In this document: positions 19,309 to 29,198 of the stretch, piece by piece
Layout: each line of letters begins with the position of its first letter
How positions within the stretch are numbered: position 1 is the first letter of the stretch
From: an uncultured Clostridia bacterium
GTDB lineage: Bacteria > Bacillota > Clostridia > TANB77 > CAG-508
Direction of reading: 5' to 3'
DNA length: 64,000 nt
NCBI GenBank assembly: GCA_948560265.1
Contig: CAOXTD010000001.1
Coordinates: forward strand, 73,439 to 137,438
The notes under the pieces: model-generated
What the model was told of the DNA's origin: nothing
The model's database searches: none
The model's input: only the letters and a program-made list of their open reading frames with translations
Translations under genes and position numbers: made by a program

Positions 19309-20616
19309 TTATGGTTGTTCTTGTAATGTTACAGTGATATCTTTTTCTTTACCATCACGATAAATTTTTAATTTCAAAGTATCACCAATTTGTTTTTTAT
19401 TTTTTATTTCATTTAATTCGTCCATTTTGGTAATTTTCTTTCCTTCAGCTTCAATAATAACGTCTCCTGGTTTCATACCAGCTTTTTCTGCTGCTGAGAA
19501 ATCATCTACAGTTTTAACATAAACTCCAATTACTAAGTTATTTCTTTCGGCAGTTTCCTTATCTAAGTCAATACCACTAATTCCAACATAAGGACGTTTT
19601 ACTTTGCTATATTGAATTAATTGATTATAAATATCTTTGGTAGCATTAATAGGAATAGCAAACCCAATACCTTCCACAGATGTTCCAGATAGTTTTAAAG
19701 TATTTACACCAATAACCTGCCCTTTGCTGTTAACTAAGGCACCACCACTATTTCCTGAGTTGATAGCGGCGTCTGTTTGAATAGCAACATATTTGTTACC
19801 GTCTTCATCAGATACTTCACGATTTACTGCACTGATAATACCAGCAGTAACGCTGTTATCTAAGCCTAGTGGACTACCCATAGCCATTGAAAATTCTCCT
19901 ACTTGAACACTGTCAGAATCTCCAAGTTCAGCAGCTGTTAAATCTGTTTTATCAATTTTAATAACAGCTAAATCAGTTTGAGAATCAGTACCAATAATTT
20001 CTCCTTTATATTCAGTATCGTCATTATATAGTTTGACTGTTACCTTGTTGGCTTTTCCAATTTCATAAAAAGAGTTATTACTAGAGCTAGAAGAATTAAT
20101 AACATGATTGTTAGTTAAAATATATCCATCTTCACTAATAATAATTCCAGAACCTCTTGCTGTTGCTGTACTAGGTGTTCTGTTAAAAATAGAATTTACA
20201 GAATATTCTACAGTAATAGCAACAATAGAAGGTTGTACTTTTTTAGCAACTCCAACACCTGTGTCAGAATATCCTTGTAAAGAAATTAATTGAGTATTTA
20301 TATTAGAAGTACTAGAGTTCTCTTCTCCGCCTTTACCAGAATCTGTGTAAGGAGATGTACTTACTAATTGTCTAATAATTTGTTCTTTTACACTTGGTAC
20401 ACTAATACAAGTTCCAATTACTAACACAGTTCCTAAAATTCCACAAAAAAATGGAAGGATAACTGTTTTTCCAAAACCACTGTTACTTGATTTTTGCTTT
20501 TTTTCGCTATTACGAAATTCTTTATAGCTAGTTTCAGTTACAGTTGGTTTAGGGTTTTTAAAAGTTTGACTATTTTCAGTTACATTATTGTTTTCATTTG
20601 ATTGATTTTGTTCCAT
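19309..20616 (-). CDS. HtrA/DegP-family serine protease with PDZ domain
   Basis: TNNHVI, D and GNSGGAL form the catalytic triad context, and a PDZ domain lies at the C-terminus. The start is set at MEQNQSN (ATG at 20616) because GGAGGTAAAACC precedes it; the longer listed ORF has no RBS. Confidence 0.9.
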   Translation of the reverse strand: MEQNQSNENNNVTENSQTFKNPKPTVTETSYKEFRNSEKKQKSSNSGFGKTVILPFFCGILGTVLVIGTCISVPSVKEQIIRQLVSTSPYTDSGKGGEENSSTSNINTQLISLQGYSDTGVGVAKKVQPSIVAITVEYSVNSIFNRTPSTATARGSGIIISEDGYILTNNHVINSSSSSNNSFYEIGKANKVTVKLYNDDTEYKGEIIGTDSQTDLAVIKIDKTDLTAAELGDSDSVQVGEFSMAMGSPLGLDNSVTAGIISAVNREVSDEDGNKYVAIQTDAAINSGNSGGALVNSKGQVIGVNTLKLSGTSVEGIGFAIPINATKDIYNQLIQYSKVKRPYVGISGIDLDKETAERNNLVIGVYVKTVDDFSAAEKAGMKPGDVIIEAEGKKITKMDELNEIKNKKQIGDTLKLKIYRDGKEKDITVTLQEQP

Positions 20617-20728
20617 TGGTTTTACCTCCAAAAATTTTTTGAAATTATTTATATCATATCCTAAAACAAATATATCATACAAGACTTTTGTGAAAAAAGT
20701 GTGAAAAAAATCTGAATAACATGCGAAC

Positions 20729-20757
20729 TTGACAGTAGCTATGGAATTGAATATAAT
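20729..20757 (+). promoter_or_regulatory. consensus sigma-A promoter
   Basis: TTGACA, 17-nt spacer, TATAAT. Confidence 0.65.
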
Positions 20758-20848
20758 AAATAACAAAATATCATACAAAGGAAGATAATAAAAAAGGGAG
20801 TAAGAAAATATATTTACTATGAAGAAATAAAAAGGAGCAAGTAAAAAA

Positions 20849-21397
20849 ATGAAGAGTGAAAAAGGGCTGACCTTTATTAGTACAGCTATTTTAGTGGTTG
20901 TTATTGCAGCTATAACTTTTGGTGTAGTCTATTTTGTAAGACTTCAATTAGACAAAGGAAAAAATGAAGATATTAAAACAGATATGTTATTAGTGGAAGC
21001 AAAAGTGCAAAAACTATCAGGGGAATACATTTTGGAAAAGGAAGAAGATATCCTAATAGGAACAAAATTAAAGGATATGGAAGAAGAGACTATCATTAAA
21101 GAGTTTTTAGAAAAAGAAATTTTGAATAAAGACGAAAAAGAAGCAAAATATTATGTGCTAGATCAAAATAATATTAATGAAATGGAATTAGAAAATGTAG
21201 AACTGGAAAAAGACAGTTATTACATAGTAGATTATAATTCTAGTAAAGTATATTATACAAAAGGCTATAGTGATGAAGAAGGAGAAGTTCATTATTTAGT
21301 AGAAAAGGAAGAAAAACAAAGCAGCCAAGAAGAGAAGGAAGTAGGAAACAAAGAAGAGAAAAAAGAAGATAGCAAGAAGGTGGACGAAAAGAAATAA
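20849..21397 (+). CDS. hypothetical membrane-anchored protein with Glu/Lys-rich tail
   Basis: N-terminal TM helix, good RBS (AAAGGAG). I recognised no family. Confidence 0.6.
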   Translation: MKSEKGLTFISTAILVVVIAAITFGVVYFVRLQLDKGKNEDIKTDMLLVEAKVQKLSGEYILEKEEDILIGTKLKDMEEETIIKEFLEKEILNKDEKEAKYYVLDQNNINEMELENVELEKDSYYIVDYNSSKVYYTKGYSDEEGEVHYLVEKEEKQSSQEEKEVGNKEEKKEDSKKVDEKK

Positions 21398-21408
21398 GGG
21401 AGAAACAA

Positions 21409-21591
21409 ATGAAGGAAGAAAAAATAGAGAGTCAGGAAGTAGATGAAATTCGAGAGAAGATTAAAAAGAATAAAAGAATTAATTTGATTTTAAAGATTAT
21501 ATTTTTCTTAGTTTTTGCAGTAGCGTTAGGAGTTAGTATTTCAATGGTAATAGATTTACAGAGAGAACCTACTTCAATAATGAATTCATAG
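21409..21591 (+). CDS. hypothetical 60-aa single-TM protein
   Basis: Charged N-terminus plus one TM helix. RBS GGGAGAAAC. Tightly spaced after the previous gene. Confidence 0.5.
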   Translation: MKEEKIESQEVDEIREKIKKNKRINLILKIIFFLVFAVALGVSISMVIDLQREPTSIMNS

Positions 21592-21622
21592 TTGAAAAGA
21601 ACAGAAGAGGAATAGAGAAAAT

Positions 21623-22126
21623 ATGGAAGAATTAAAGAAAATTAGAAGAAGTAATATAAGAGTTATTGTTGCTATTATATTAGTTATTATTGACTTTAGC
21701 ATAGTTACAAATTGGTATTACAAGGAATCAGAAGCATTGAGACAAAAAGCAAATGATTGGCAAACAGTGAGAGAGGTAGAAAAAATTTTTGGTAATATAG
21801 GCTCTTATATTGGAAATAATAAAATGGGTATTGTTGTTAAAGAATTATGTGATAAAGTGCTAAGAGGAAATTCACAAATAATAGGTTCTAAGCAGATAGT
21901 AAATCTGAATGAAATTAAATTAATATATATCAAAGAGGGTGACACTAATCAGTTAAAAACAAGAGAAGATTGGAAGAATAGTGGTGCTTTTTATAAGCCA
22001 GAGGATATTATAAAATTTAGAGATGCGATTTCTACTGATTGTAAATATGATATAAAGATGAGTGGCGATGAGCAAGGACTTATTATAGGAATTGGAATTA
22101 TAAAAAAGGTAGAATTCAAAATATAG
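21623..22126 (+). CDS. hypothetical membrane-anchored protein
   Basis: N-terminal TM helix, 167 aa. I recognised no family. Confidence 0.6.
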   Translation: MEELKKIRRSNIRVIVAIILVIIDFSIVTNWYYKESEALRQKANDWQTVREVEKIFGNIGSYIGNNKMGIVVKELCDKVLRGNSQIIGSKQIVNLNEIKLIYIKEGDTNQLKTREDWKNSGAFYKPEDIIKFRDAISTDCKYDIKMSGDEQGLIIGIGIIKKVEFKI

Positions 22127-22154
22127 AAAATGAATAATAAAAGGGACAAAGCAA

Positions 22155-22817
22155 ATGAAAGAAAAAGAATTAATTAGATTGACAGAACTGAAAAAGGTAG
22201 AAGAAGAATTATATGAGCAAAATCATTTAACAGCTATTGCAGGAATTGATGAAGCGGGAAGAGGACCGCTTGCAGGACCTGTTGTGGTAGCTTGTTGTAT
22301 TATGCCAAGAGAGTCTATGATAGAGGGAGTAAACGATTCTAAAAAAATAGCAGAGAAGAAAAGAGAAAAGCTTTATGAATTGATTGCAGAAGAAGCAATT
22401 AGCTATGGCGTGGGAATTATTGGGCAAAATGAAATTGACGAAATTAATATTTTGCAGGCAACAAAAAAAGGTTTAACTATGGCGATTAAAGATATGGAAG
22501 AAAAGCTAAAAGAAAAGCCAGAACTAGGAATAGCAAAACCTGATGCTATTTTAGTAGATGCCCTAACCAAAATTGATACAGATGGTATACCATATAAATC
22601 TATTGTTCATGGTGATGCAATCAGTTATTCTATTTCATGTGCTTCTATTATTGCAAAAGTAACAAGGGATAGAATTATGAGGCAATGGAACGAGGTGTAT
22701 CCACAGTATGGGTTTGAAAAACATAAAGGCTATGGAACAGCAGCACATATTCAAGCAATTAAGGAATATGGACTTTGCCCATTACATCGTCGTAGTTTTA
22801 CTAAAAATTTTGTGTAG
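22155..22817 (+). CDS. rnhB: ribonuclease HII
   Basis: GIDEAGRGPLAGPVV catalytic motif; 220 aa. Confidence 0.92.
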   Translation: MKEKELIRLTELKKVEEELYEQNHLTAIAGIDEAGRGPLAGPVVVACCIMPRESMIEGVNDSKKIAEKKREKLYELIAEEAISYGVGIIGQNEIDEINILQATKKGLTMAIKDMEEKLKEKPELGIAKPDAILVDALTKIDTDGIPYKSIVHGDAISYSISCASIIAKVTRDRIMRQWNEVYPQYGFEKHKGYGTAAHIQAIKEYGLCPLHRRSFTKNFV

Positions 22818-22836
22818 AACATAAAGGGAGGTACAT

Positions 22837-24135
22837 TTGAATATACAAGAGATTATTGCAAAAAAAAGAGATAGACAAGAACTAAGTAAAGAAGAAATAG
22901 AATATTTTGTAACCAATTACACAAATGGAACTATTTCTGATTATCAAGCAGCAGCTTTAACAATGGCAATTTATATAAATGGAATGACGGAAGAAGAAAC
23001 AACCAATTTAACATTGGCAATGGCACATTCAGGAGATATTTTAGATTTATCAGAATTTGGAGTAGTTGTAGACAAACATAGTACAGGTGGAATAGGGGAT
23101 AAAGTGACTTTAATTTTAGCTCCGATTATAGCTTCTTTAGGAATTCCAGTAGCTAAAATGTCGGGTAGAGGATTAGGATATACAGGAGGAACTATTGATA
23201 AACTAGAAGCGATACCAGGGTATTGTACCAATATTACCATAGAGGAATTTAGAAAAAATGTTGGAGAAATTGGAATTAGTTTAATGGGGCAAACTTTAAA
23301 TTTAGCGCCAGCCGATAAAAAGCTCTATGCTTTGCGTGACACGATTGCAGCAACGGAAAGCATTCCACTCATTAGTTCTAGTATTATGAGTAAAAAGATA
23401 GCAGCAGGAGCAAATAAGATTGTGCTTGATGTAACTTGTGGAAGCGGAGCATTTATGAAAGATTTGAGTCAAGCTGTTAAACTAGCCGAAACTATGAAAA
23501 AGATAGGAGAATTAGCGCAAAAGGAGACAGTATGTGTTATTACTTCTATGGAGGAGCCCTTGGGTGAAGCAGTAGGTAACTCACTAGAAGTAGTGGAAGC
23601 AGTTCAGGCATTACAAGGAAATATGGCAGAAGATGTAAGAGAAGTTGTCTTAACTTTGGGTGCTTATATGATGAAATTAGCAGGTAAGGGGAATGACATA
23701 GAAGGAAATAAACAAGAAATGTTAACGCAAATTCAAAATGGCAAGGCTTTGAAAAAGTTGAAAGAATTAATTCAAATGCAAGGTGGAGATATTTCATATA
23801 TTGAGAATGTAGACTTGTTATCAAAAGCAAAATATGTTATGCCAGTTTTAGCAACAAAACATGGATATATTAGAAGTTTAGAGGCTAAAAGTGTAGGAGA
23901 GATATCTATGCATTTAGGAGCAGGCAGAGAAAGAAAAGAAGATGCAATTGACCCCGCAGTGGGAATTGTTCTAAAAAAGAAAATTGGTGATTATGTAGAA
24001 GAAAATGAGGTATTAGCATATATTCATGCTAATAATGAAGAGAAAGGAAAAGAAGCAGTAAAACTACTAGAGGCATGTTATGAGATTGCAGAAGAAAAAA
24101 TAGAAAAGAAAAGTTGTATTTTGAAGGTATTATAG
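22837..24135 (+). CDS. pdp: pyrimidine-nucleoside (thymidine) phosphorylase
   Basis: KHSTGGIGDK and SGRGLGYTGGTIDKLE motifs. TTG start with GGGAGG upstream. Confidence 0.92.
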   Translation: MNIQEIIAKKRDRQELSKEEIEYFVTNYTNGTISDYQAAALTMAIYINGMTEEETTNLTLAMAHSGDILDLSEFGVVVDKHSTGGIGDKVTLILAPIIASLGIPVAKMSGRGLGYTGGTIDKLEAIPGYCTNITIEEFRKNVGEIGISLMGQTLNLAPADKKLYALRDTIAATESIPLISSSIMSKKIAAGANKIVLDVTCGSGAFMKDLSQAVKLAETMKKIGELAQKETVCVITSMEEPLGEAVGNSLEVVEAVQALQGNMAEDVREVVLTLGAYMMKLAGKGNDIEGNKQEMLTQIQNGKALKKLKELIQMQGGDISYIENVDLLSKAKYVMPVLATKHGYIRSLEAKSVGEISMHLGAGRERKEDAIDPAVGIVLKKKIGDYVEENEVLAYIHANNEEKGKEAVKLLEACYEIAEEKIEKKSCILKVL

Positions 24136-24165
24136 AAAAAACCGCAATTTATTTTGCGGTTTTTT
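24136..24165. terminator. bidirectional intrinsic terminator
   Basis: AAAAACCGCAA / TTGCGGTTTTTT hairpin between convergent genes. Confidence 0.85.
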
Positions 24166-24170
24166 AATCA

Positions 24171-24437
24171 TTATAACTGAATTCCCATATTTTCAGGAGT
24201 CTGTTGAATTTGTTCAGAAAAATTGGCAAATTGCTCCTGACTAAGAAAACGATTTAGATTTTTTACAGTAATTCCAGTAGAAGCAGATAAGTTATCTAGA
24301 TTGATTTGATTTGTATTTTCTTCTAAAAAATTTTTTAATTGCCCCATTTCATATTGGTCTTTAGGTTGACAGTTTGGACATACACTAGAGTTAGTCATAA
24401 AGAAACAGCCACAACGGCTACATTTGTTAAAATTCAT
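24171..24437 (-). CDS. small zinc-ribbon protein (CxxC...CxxC), weakly YvyF/TIGR03826-like
   Basis: MNFNKCSRCGCFF...CPNC followed by a helical region. RBS GGAGGT. Confidence 0.6.
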   Translation of the reverse strand: MNFNKCSRCGCFFMTNSSVCPNCQPKDQYEMGQLKNFLEENTNQINLDNLSASTGITVKNLNRFLSQEQFANFSEQIQQTPENMGIQL

Positions 24438-24590
24438 AATATTACCTCCGAATTTTTTATCATTTGTGAAGACAGTATATCACAAATTCTGACAAATTTG
24501 TATAAAAAATAAAAAAATAGTTGAAATTTATAAAATAAATGAGTAAAATAGGTATGATTAAAAAATATAGTAATTGAAGGAGGAAAAAAT

Positions 24591-25142
24591 ATGAAAGCAT
24601 ATGTATGTAAAGTATGTGGTTATGTTCACTTTGGAGAAGAGGCACCAGAAAAATGCCCACAATGTGGAGCAAGCCAAGATAAATTTGAATTAAGAAACGA
24701 AACAGAGGAAAAAAGTTATTCAGATGAGCATAGAATAGGTGTTGCACAAGGTTTAGACGAAGAAGTAGTAAAAGGATTAAAAGATAATTTTATGGGAGAA
24801 TGTACAGAAGTGGGAATGTACATTGCAATGAGTCGTCAAGCAGATAGAGATGGATACCCTGAAATAGCAGAAGCATTTAAGAGATATGCATGGGAAGAGG
24901 CAGAACATGCAGCTAAATTTGCAGAATTATTAGGAGAAGTAGTTTACCCAGATACGAAAAAGAATGTTAGTTTAAGAGCAATAGCAGAACATGGAGCTTG
25001 TGATGGTAAAAAAATGCTTGCTACAAGAGCAAAAGAGCTTGGATATGATGCTATTCATGATACAGTACATGAAATGTGTAAAGATGAGGCTCGTCATGGA
25101 AGAGGATTTGACGGATTATTAAAAAGATATTTTGAAAATTAA
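24591..25142 (+). CDS. reverse rubrerythrin (N-terminal rubredoxin-like domain plus ferritin-like domain)
   Basis: CKVCGY...CPQCG at the N-terminus, followed by the diiron four-helix motifs E..EH. Confidence 0.9.
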   Translation: MKAYVCKVCGYVHFGEEAPEKCPQCGASQDKFELRNETEEKSYSDEHRIGVAQGLDEEVVKGLKDNFMGECTEVGMYIAMSRQADRDGYPEIAEAFKRYAWEEAEHAAKFAELLGEVVYPDTKKNVSLRAIAEHGACDGKKMLATRAKELGYDAIHDTVHEMCKDEARHGRGFDGLLKRYFEN

Positions 25143-25206
25143 GGAATAAAATATCAAAAGAGGTATACAATAAAGAAAATGAATAGGAATAAGGAGGTTT
25201 CATGCA

Positions 25207-25347
25207 ATGAATAAATATGTTTGTTTATTATGCGGATATGTATATGATGAAGAAGAACAAGGTGTAAAATGGGAAGAGTTACCAGAGGATTGGACTTGCC
25301 CACTATGTGGAGCACCAAAAGACCAATTTCAAAAAGTAGAAGATTAG
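25207..25347 (+). CDS. rubredoxin (46 aa, absent from ORF track)
   Basis: [46 protein letters not shown]. It has the classic CxxCG ... CPxCG pairs and AAGGAGG upstream. Confidence 0.85.
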   Translation: MNKYVCLLCGYVYDEEEQGVKWEELPEDWTCPLCGAPKDQFQKVED

Positions 25348-25491
25348 AATATTTTTTACTTAGAAAAAGAAACACGCATTGCTAGTAGTAGTGTGTGTTT
25401 TTGTGTTTATAGGAGCCTTGCTAATTGTTGTAAAATATGCTAAAATACGTTTATATAAAACTTTAGCGTAAAAGAGAAGGCAGGAGGAAAA

Positions 25492-26154
25492 ATGAGAATT
25501 AGATATAAACCATGGGCAAGAAAAGAGCTAGAAGAAAGTAGATTTTATAGAGAAAATGCAGAAGAATTAAAGGGAAGATGGAGACAAGAATTTATAAGAC
25601 CAAACCAACCACTCTATATTGAACTGGGGTGTGGCAAAGGAGGTTTCATTTCGCAAATAGCGTGTAAACACCCAGAGAATAACTATATAGGCATAGACTT
25701 AGTTGACCCCATGCTGGGGTTAGCCAAAAGAAAAATAGAAGAAGTTTATCAAGAACAAAATAAAGAAATAGATAATGTGTTATTAACTAGATTTGACATT
25801 GAACGTATTTTACTCATATTGAGTGAAGAAGATAGCGTTGATAGAATTTATATCAATTTTTGTAATCCTTGGCCAAGGGGAAAGCATCATAAAAAAAGGT
25901 TAACACATACAAGACAGCTAGAGAAGTATAAACAAATTTTGAAAAGAGATGGAAGTATTTATTTTAAAACAGATGATGACAATTTGTTTGAGGAAAGTAT
26001 TGGATATTTTGAACAGGCAGAATTTAAGATAGAAAAAGTCACTAGAGATTTACATCAAGAACCAAACTTTTGGGAAAATATAGAAACAGAACATGAGAAA
26101 ATGTTTTCAGAACAAGGGATAAAAATCAAGGCATTGATTGCTCAAAATAGTTAG
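25492..26154 (+). CDS. trmB: tRNA (guanine-N7)-methyltransferase
   Basis: ELGCGKGGF SAM motif and FCNPWP; 220 aa. Confidence 0.9.
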   Translation: MRIRYKPWARKELEESRFYRENAEELKGRWRQEFIRPNQPLYIELGCGKGGFISQIACKHPENNYIGIDLVDPMLGLAKRKIEEVYQEQNKEIDNVLLTRFDIERILLILSEEDSVDRIYINFCNPWPRGKHHKKRLTHTRQLEKYKQILKRDGSIYFKTDDDNLFEESIGYFEQAEFKIEKVTRDLHQEPNFWENIETEHEKMFSEQGIKIKALIAQNS

Positions 26155-26230
26155 CAATTGTTCACATTTAGGACATAAAAAAACTGTAAAATAGTAATGG
26201 GTAATTACAAGGAAAGGATTAAGAAGAGCT

Positions 26231-26914
26231 ATGAATAATATTACTGTTTTAGTAGTAGATGATGAATCTAGAATGAGAAAATTAATTAAAGACTTCTTAG
26301 CACAAAAAGGATATAGCATTTTAGAAGCAGGAGATGGAGAAGAAGCACTTAAAGTATTTGAAGAGAACCAGAGTCAAATTAACTTAATACTATTAGATGT
26401 TATGATGCCGAAATTAGATGGTTGGTCAGTTCTTCGCCAAATTAGGCAAAATTCTAAAGTACCAATTATGATGCTTACTGCAAGAGGAGAAGAACAAGAT
26501 GAATTATTTGGTTTTGAGTTAGGCGTAGATGAATATATTTCAAAGCCGTTTAGTCCTAAGATTTTAGTGGCAAGAGTGGAAGCTATTTTAAAGAGAACTA
26601 TGGGAGAAAAAACAGAAATTAAAGATTTTGGTGGAATTACCATAGACCCAGAGGGAAGAACAGTAAAAGTAGACAATAAGCAAATTGAGATGAGTTTAAG
26701 AGAATACGAATTATTAAAATATTTAATTGATAACCAAGGGATTGCTCTATCAAGGGATAAAATTTTAAATAATGTATGGAACTATGACTACTATGGAGAT
26801 TCTAGAACCATAGACAGTCATATAAAAAAGATACGTCATAAACTAGGCAAAAAAGGAAAATACATTGAAACAATGCGTGGAGTAGGTTACAAATTTGAAG
26901 TAAAGGAAAAATAG
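26231..26914 (+). CDS. OmpR-family response regulator
   Basis: Receiver domain (DD...D in LDVMMPKLDG) plus a winged-helix output domain (RGVGYKF). Confidence 0.92.
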   Translation: MNNITVLVVDDESRMRKLIKDFLAQKGYSILEAGDGEEALKVFEENQSQINLILLDVMMPKLDGWSVLRQIRQNSKVPIMMLTARGEEQDELFGFELGVDEYISKPFSPKILVARVEAILKRTMGEKTEIKDFGGITIDPEGRTVKVDNKQIEMSLREYELLKYLIDNQGIALSRDKILNNVWNYDYYGDSRTIDSHIKKIRHKLGKKGKYIETMRGVGYKFEVKEK

Positions 26915-26916
26915 AA

Positions 26917-28410
26917 ATGGAAAAGCTAAAAGATAAATTCAAATCAGTTCGATTTCGATTATTCGCAGTACTGTGTGCTGTGATTATCTTTTTAGTGCTT
27001 TGTTTAATATTAATTAACAGTATTGTATTGGAGAACTTCTATGTTTACTCTAAAACCAATACAGTCAAAAAGTTATATCATAAAATTGACAACTATTATG
27101 CTTCACCAAATTTAAATACCAATCTAGAGAATGAACTTCGAAGAAGTGCGTTTATCAATAATTTTGATATTTTGATTAAAACAGATACGGATTTAATATT
27201 ATTCACAACAGACAGAGATTTTTTGTCTTCTTTAAATCGAATTCAAAGTAGTAATCAATTAAAAGAGCAAGAAGAGAGTGCTATTCTTTATAAAGATGAG
27301 AACATGCAAATTTGTAGAGTAAATGATAAAACTTCAAATTTAACCTATATTTTACTAACAGGAAATTTGGTAAATGGCTATAGTTTGTTTATTCGAATTC
27401 CAGTTGCACCAATAGAAGAAAGCGTTAATATTTCGAATAAAGTTTTGATGTTAATTGGACTTTTAACTATTATCATGGCAGCACTTGCAGTTTCTATCAT
27501 TTCTCGTAAATTTACAGAGCCAATTTTAGAATTAAATGACATTACGAAGAAAATGTCTAAATTAGATTTTTCAAAGAAATATCGTATTAAAGATTCAAGT
27601 GATGAAATCAATGAATTAGGAAGAAATATTAACACTATGTCTGATAAGCTAGAAGGAACTATCAAACAATTAAGAGATAATAATAAAGAACTAGAAAAAG
27701 ACATTGAAGAAAAATCTAAAATTGATGAAATGCGTAAACAATTTATTTCAGATGTATCACATGAATTAAAAACGCCAATTGCTCTAATTCAAGGATATGC
27801 AGAAGGCTTGGTAGAAAATGTCAATAGTGATGAGGAATCTAAAAAATTCTATGCAGAGGTTATTTTAGATGAGACAAATAAAATGGACAATCTGGTAAAG
27901 CAATTATTAGAATTAATGAAATTGGAATATGGAAAAAGGGAATTTCATGATAAGGAATTTAATCTAGTAGAGTTAATTCAAGGAGTTATTCAAAATTGCC
28001 ATGTAATGCTAGAGGAGAAAAACATCGAGGTGTTATTTGATACAAAAGAGTCTATCTATGTTAAAGCAGATGATTTTTACATAGAGCAAATTATTACAAA
28101 TTATTTTACAAATGCGATTAAGCACACAGAAGAAAAAGAAGGCAAAAAGCAAATACAAATTAGTGTTAAAATACAAGAAGAAAAGGCAAGAGTATCCGTA
28201 TTTAATACTGGAAATCAAATTGCAGAAGAGGAATTAGACAGAATTTGGGGTAGATTTTATAAAGTGGATAGTTCTAGAAACAGAGAAGATGGCGGAAGTG
28301 GAATAGGATTATCTTTGGTAAAGGCAATCCAGAATAATTATAAGAATGCTTATGGTGTAGAAAATAAGCCTAATGGAGTAGAGTTTTATTTTGATACCAA
28401 TATAAGTTAG
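26917..28410 (+). CDS. sensor histidine kinase (2 TM, HAMP, HisKA, HATPase)
   Basis: H-box SHELKTP, N-box and the G-box GGSGIGLS. Confidence 0.9.
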   Translation: MEKLKDKFKSVRFRLFAVLCAVIIFLVLCLILINSIVLENFYVYSKTNTVKKLYHKIDNYYASPNLNTNLENELRRSAFINNFDILIKTDTDLILFTTDRDFLSSLNRIQSSNQLKEQEESAILYKDENMQICRVNDKTSNLTYILLTGNLVNGYSLFIRIPVAPIEESVNISNKVLMLIGLLTIIMAALAVSIISRKFTEPILELNDITKKMSKLDFSKKYRIKDSSDEINELGRNINTMSDKLEGTIKQLRDNNKELEKDIEEKSKIDEMRKQFISDVSHELKTPIALIQGYAEGLVENVNSDEESKKFYAEVILDETNKMDNLVKQLLELMKLEYGKREFHDKEFNLVELIQGVIQNCHVMLEEKNIEVLFDTKESIYVKADDFYIEQIITNYFTNAIKHTEEKEGKKQIQISVKIQEEKARVSVFNTGNQIAEEELDRIWGRFYKVDSSRNREDGGSGIGLSLVKAIQNNYKNAYGVENKPNGVEFYFDTNIS

Positions 28411-28440
28411 TTATAAGAATGGAATCAAAATTTTTAGATT

Positions 28441-28476
28441 GGTCGAACTTTGTCACAAAAGGTCGACCGATTTTTC
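28441..28476 (+). terminator. intrinsic terminator after the two-component operon
   Basis: GGTCGAAC pairs with the palindromic GGTCGACC (12-nt loop), followed by GATTTTTCTTT. Confidence 0.6.
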
Positions 28477-28557
28477 TTTACAAATGTTAAATAGGGTAGT
28501 AGAATAAGAACAATTTAGAATTGCAATTTTATATTTTTAGTTCACAGAAAGGCAGGT

Positions 28558-29163
28558 ATGAGGTATGGTATGAGTTATACAAAAAAGAACTTAGACACCT
28601 TAAGTCTTCTGCTGACAATTTCTATTTTAATGATTTTATATTTGACTTATTCAAACATTTCTTTAGCGATTATTTCGAACAATAACTTAAATTCGAATAT
28701 GGTTTATTCTCAAAAAATTCCAATCGAAAGTCAAACACAAAGACAAATTGTACAAGCTAATTTATCTAATCAATGGAGACTTCAAATTCCGAAGTTAAAT
28801 TTAAATGCCCATATAGAAGAAGGAACTACTGGAGATGTTTTATTAAGAGCAGTAGGTCATTTTGAAGATACAAATCAATGGAATGGAAATGTATGCCTAG
28901 CAGGACATAACAGAGGGTATCAGTGCAACTTTTTCCAAAAGATTAAAACTCTAAATTTAGGAGATGAAATTATTTATTGCACGAAACAAGGAAAAAAAGT
29001 TTATCAAGTGCAAACCAATAAAATCGTTTTAGAAACAGACTGGAGTTATCTGAAAGATACAAAGGATAATAGAATTACATTAATTACATGTGAAGAAAAC
29101 CGAGGAGAATACAGAAGATGTATACAAGCAGTACAAGTATCAGAAACAAAGGAGATATTTTAG
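28558..29163 (+). CDS. sortase family transpeptidase
   Basis: TM anchor, LAGHN (His), TLITC (Cys) and a downstream conserved Arg. Confidence 0.85.
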   Translation: MRYGMSYTKKNLDTLSLLLTISILMILYLTYSNISLAIISNNNLNSNMVYSQKIPIESQTQRQIVQANLSNQWRLQIPKLNLNAHIEEGTTGDVLLRAVGHFEDTNQWNGNVCLAGHNRGYQCNFFQKIKTLNLGDEIIYCTKQGKKVYQVQTNKIVLETDWSYLKDTKDNRITLITCEENRGEYRRCIQAVQVSETKEIF

Positions 29164-29198
29164 AGAGAAAAATCAAAGCGAAAAAGGAGAGAATTTAA

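Noticed and set aside
20849-20940. Type IV pilin-like N-terminus (KGLTFISTAI) in the 182-aa protein
   Set aside because: It lacks the G-F/M-T-L-x-E prepilin peptidase motif: there is no Glu at +5 and no Phe/Met at +1. I treat it as a plain TM anchor.
25154-25375. Listed 73-aa minus-strand ORF
   Set aside because: It is antisense to a textbook rubredoxin ORF (25207..25347) that is too short for the track.
28441-28466. GGTCGA direct repeat 20 bp apart, considered as a response-regulator binding site upstream of the sortase gene
   Set aside because: GGTCGACC is a palindrome, so the two copies pair as an 8-bp hairpin followed by a T-run. The simplest reading is the terminator of the histidine kinase operon.
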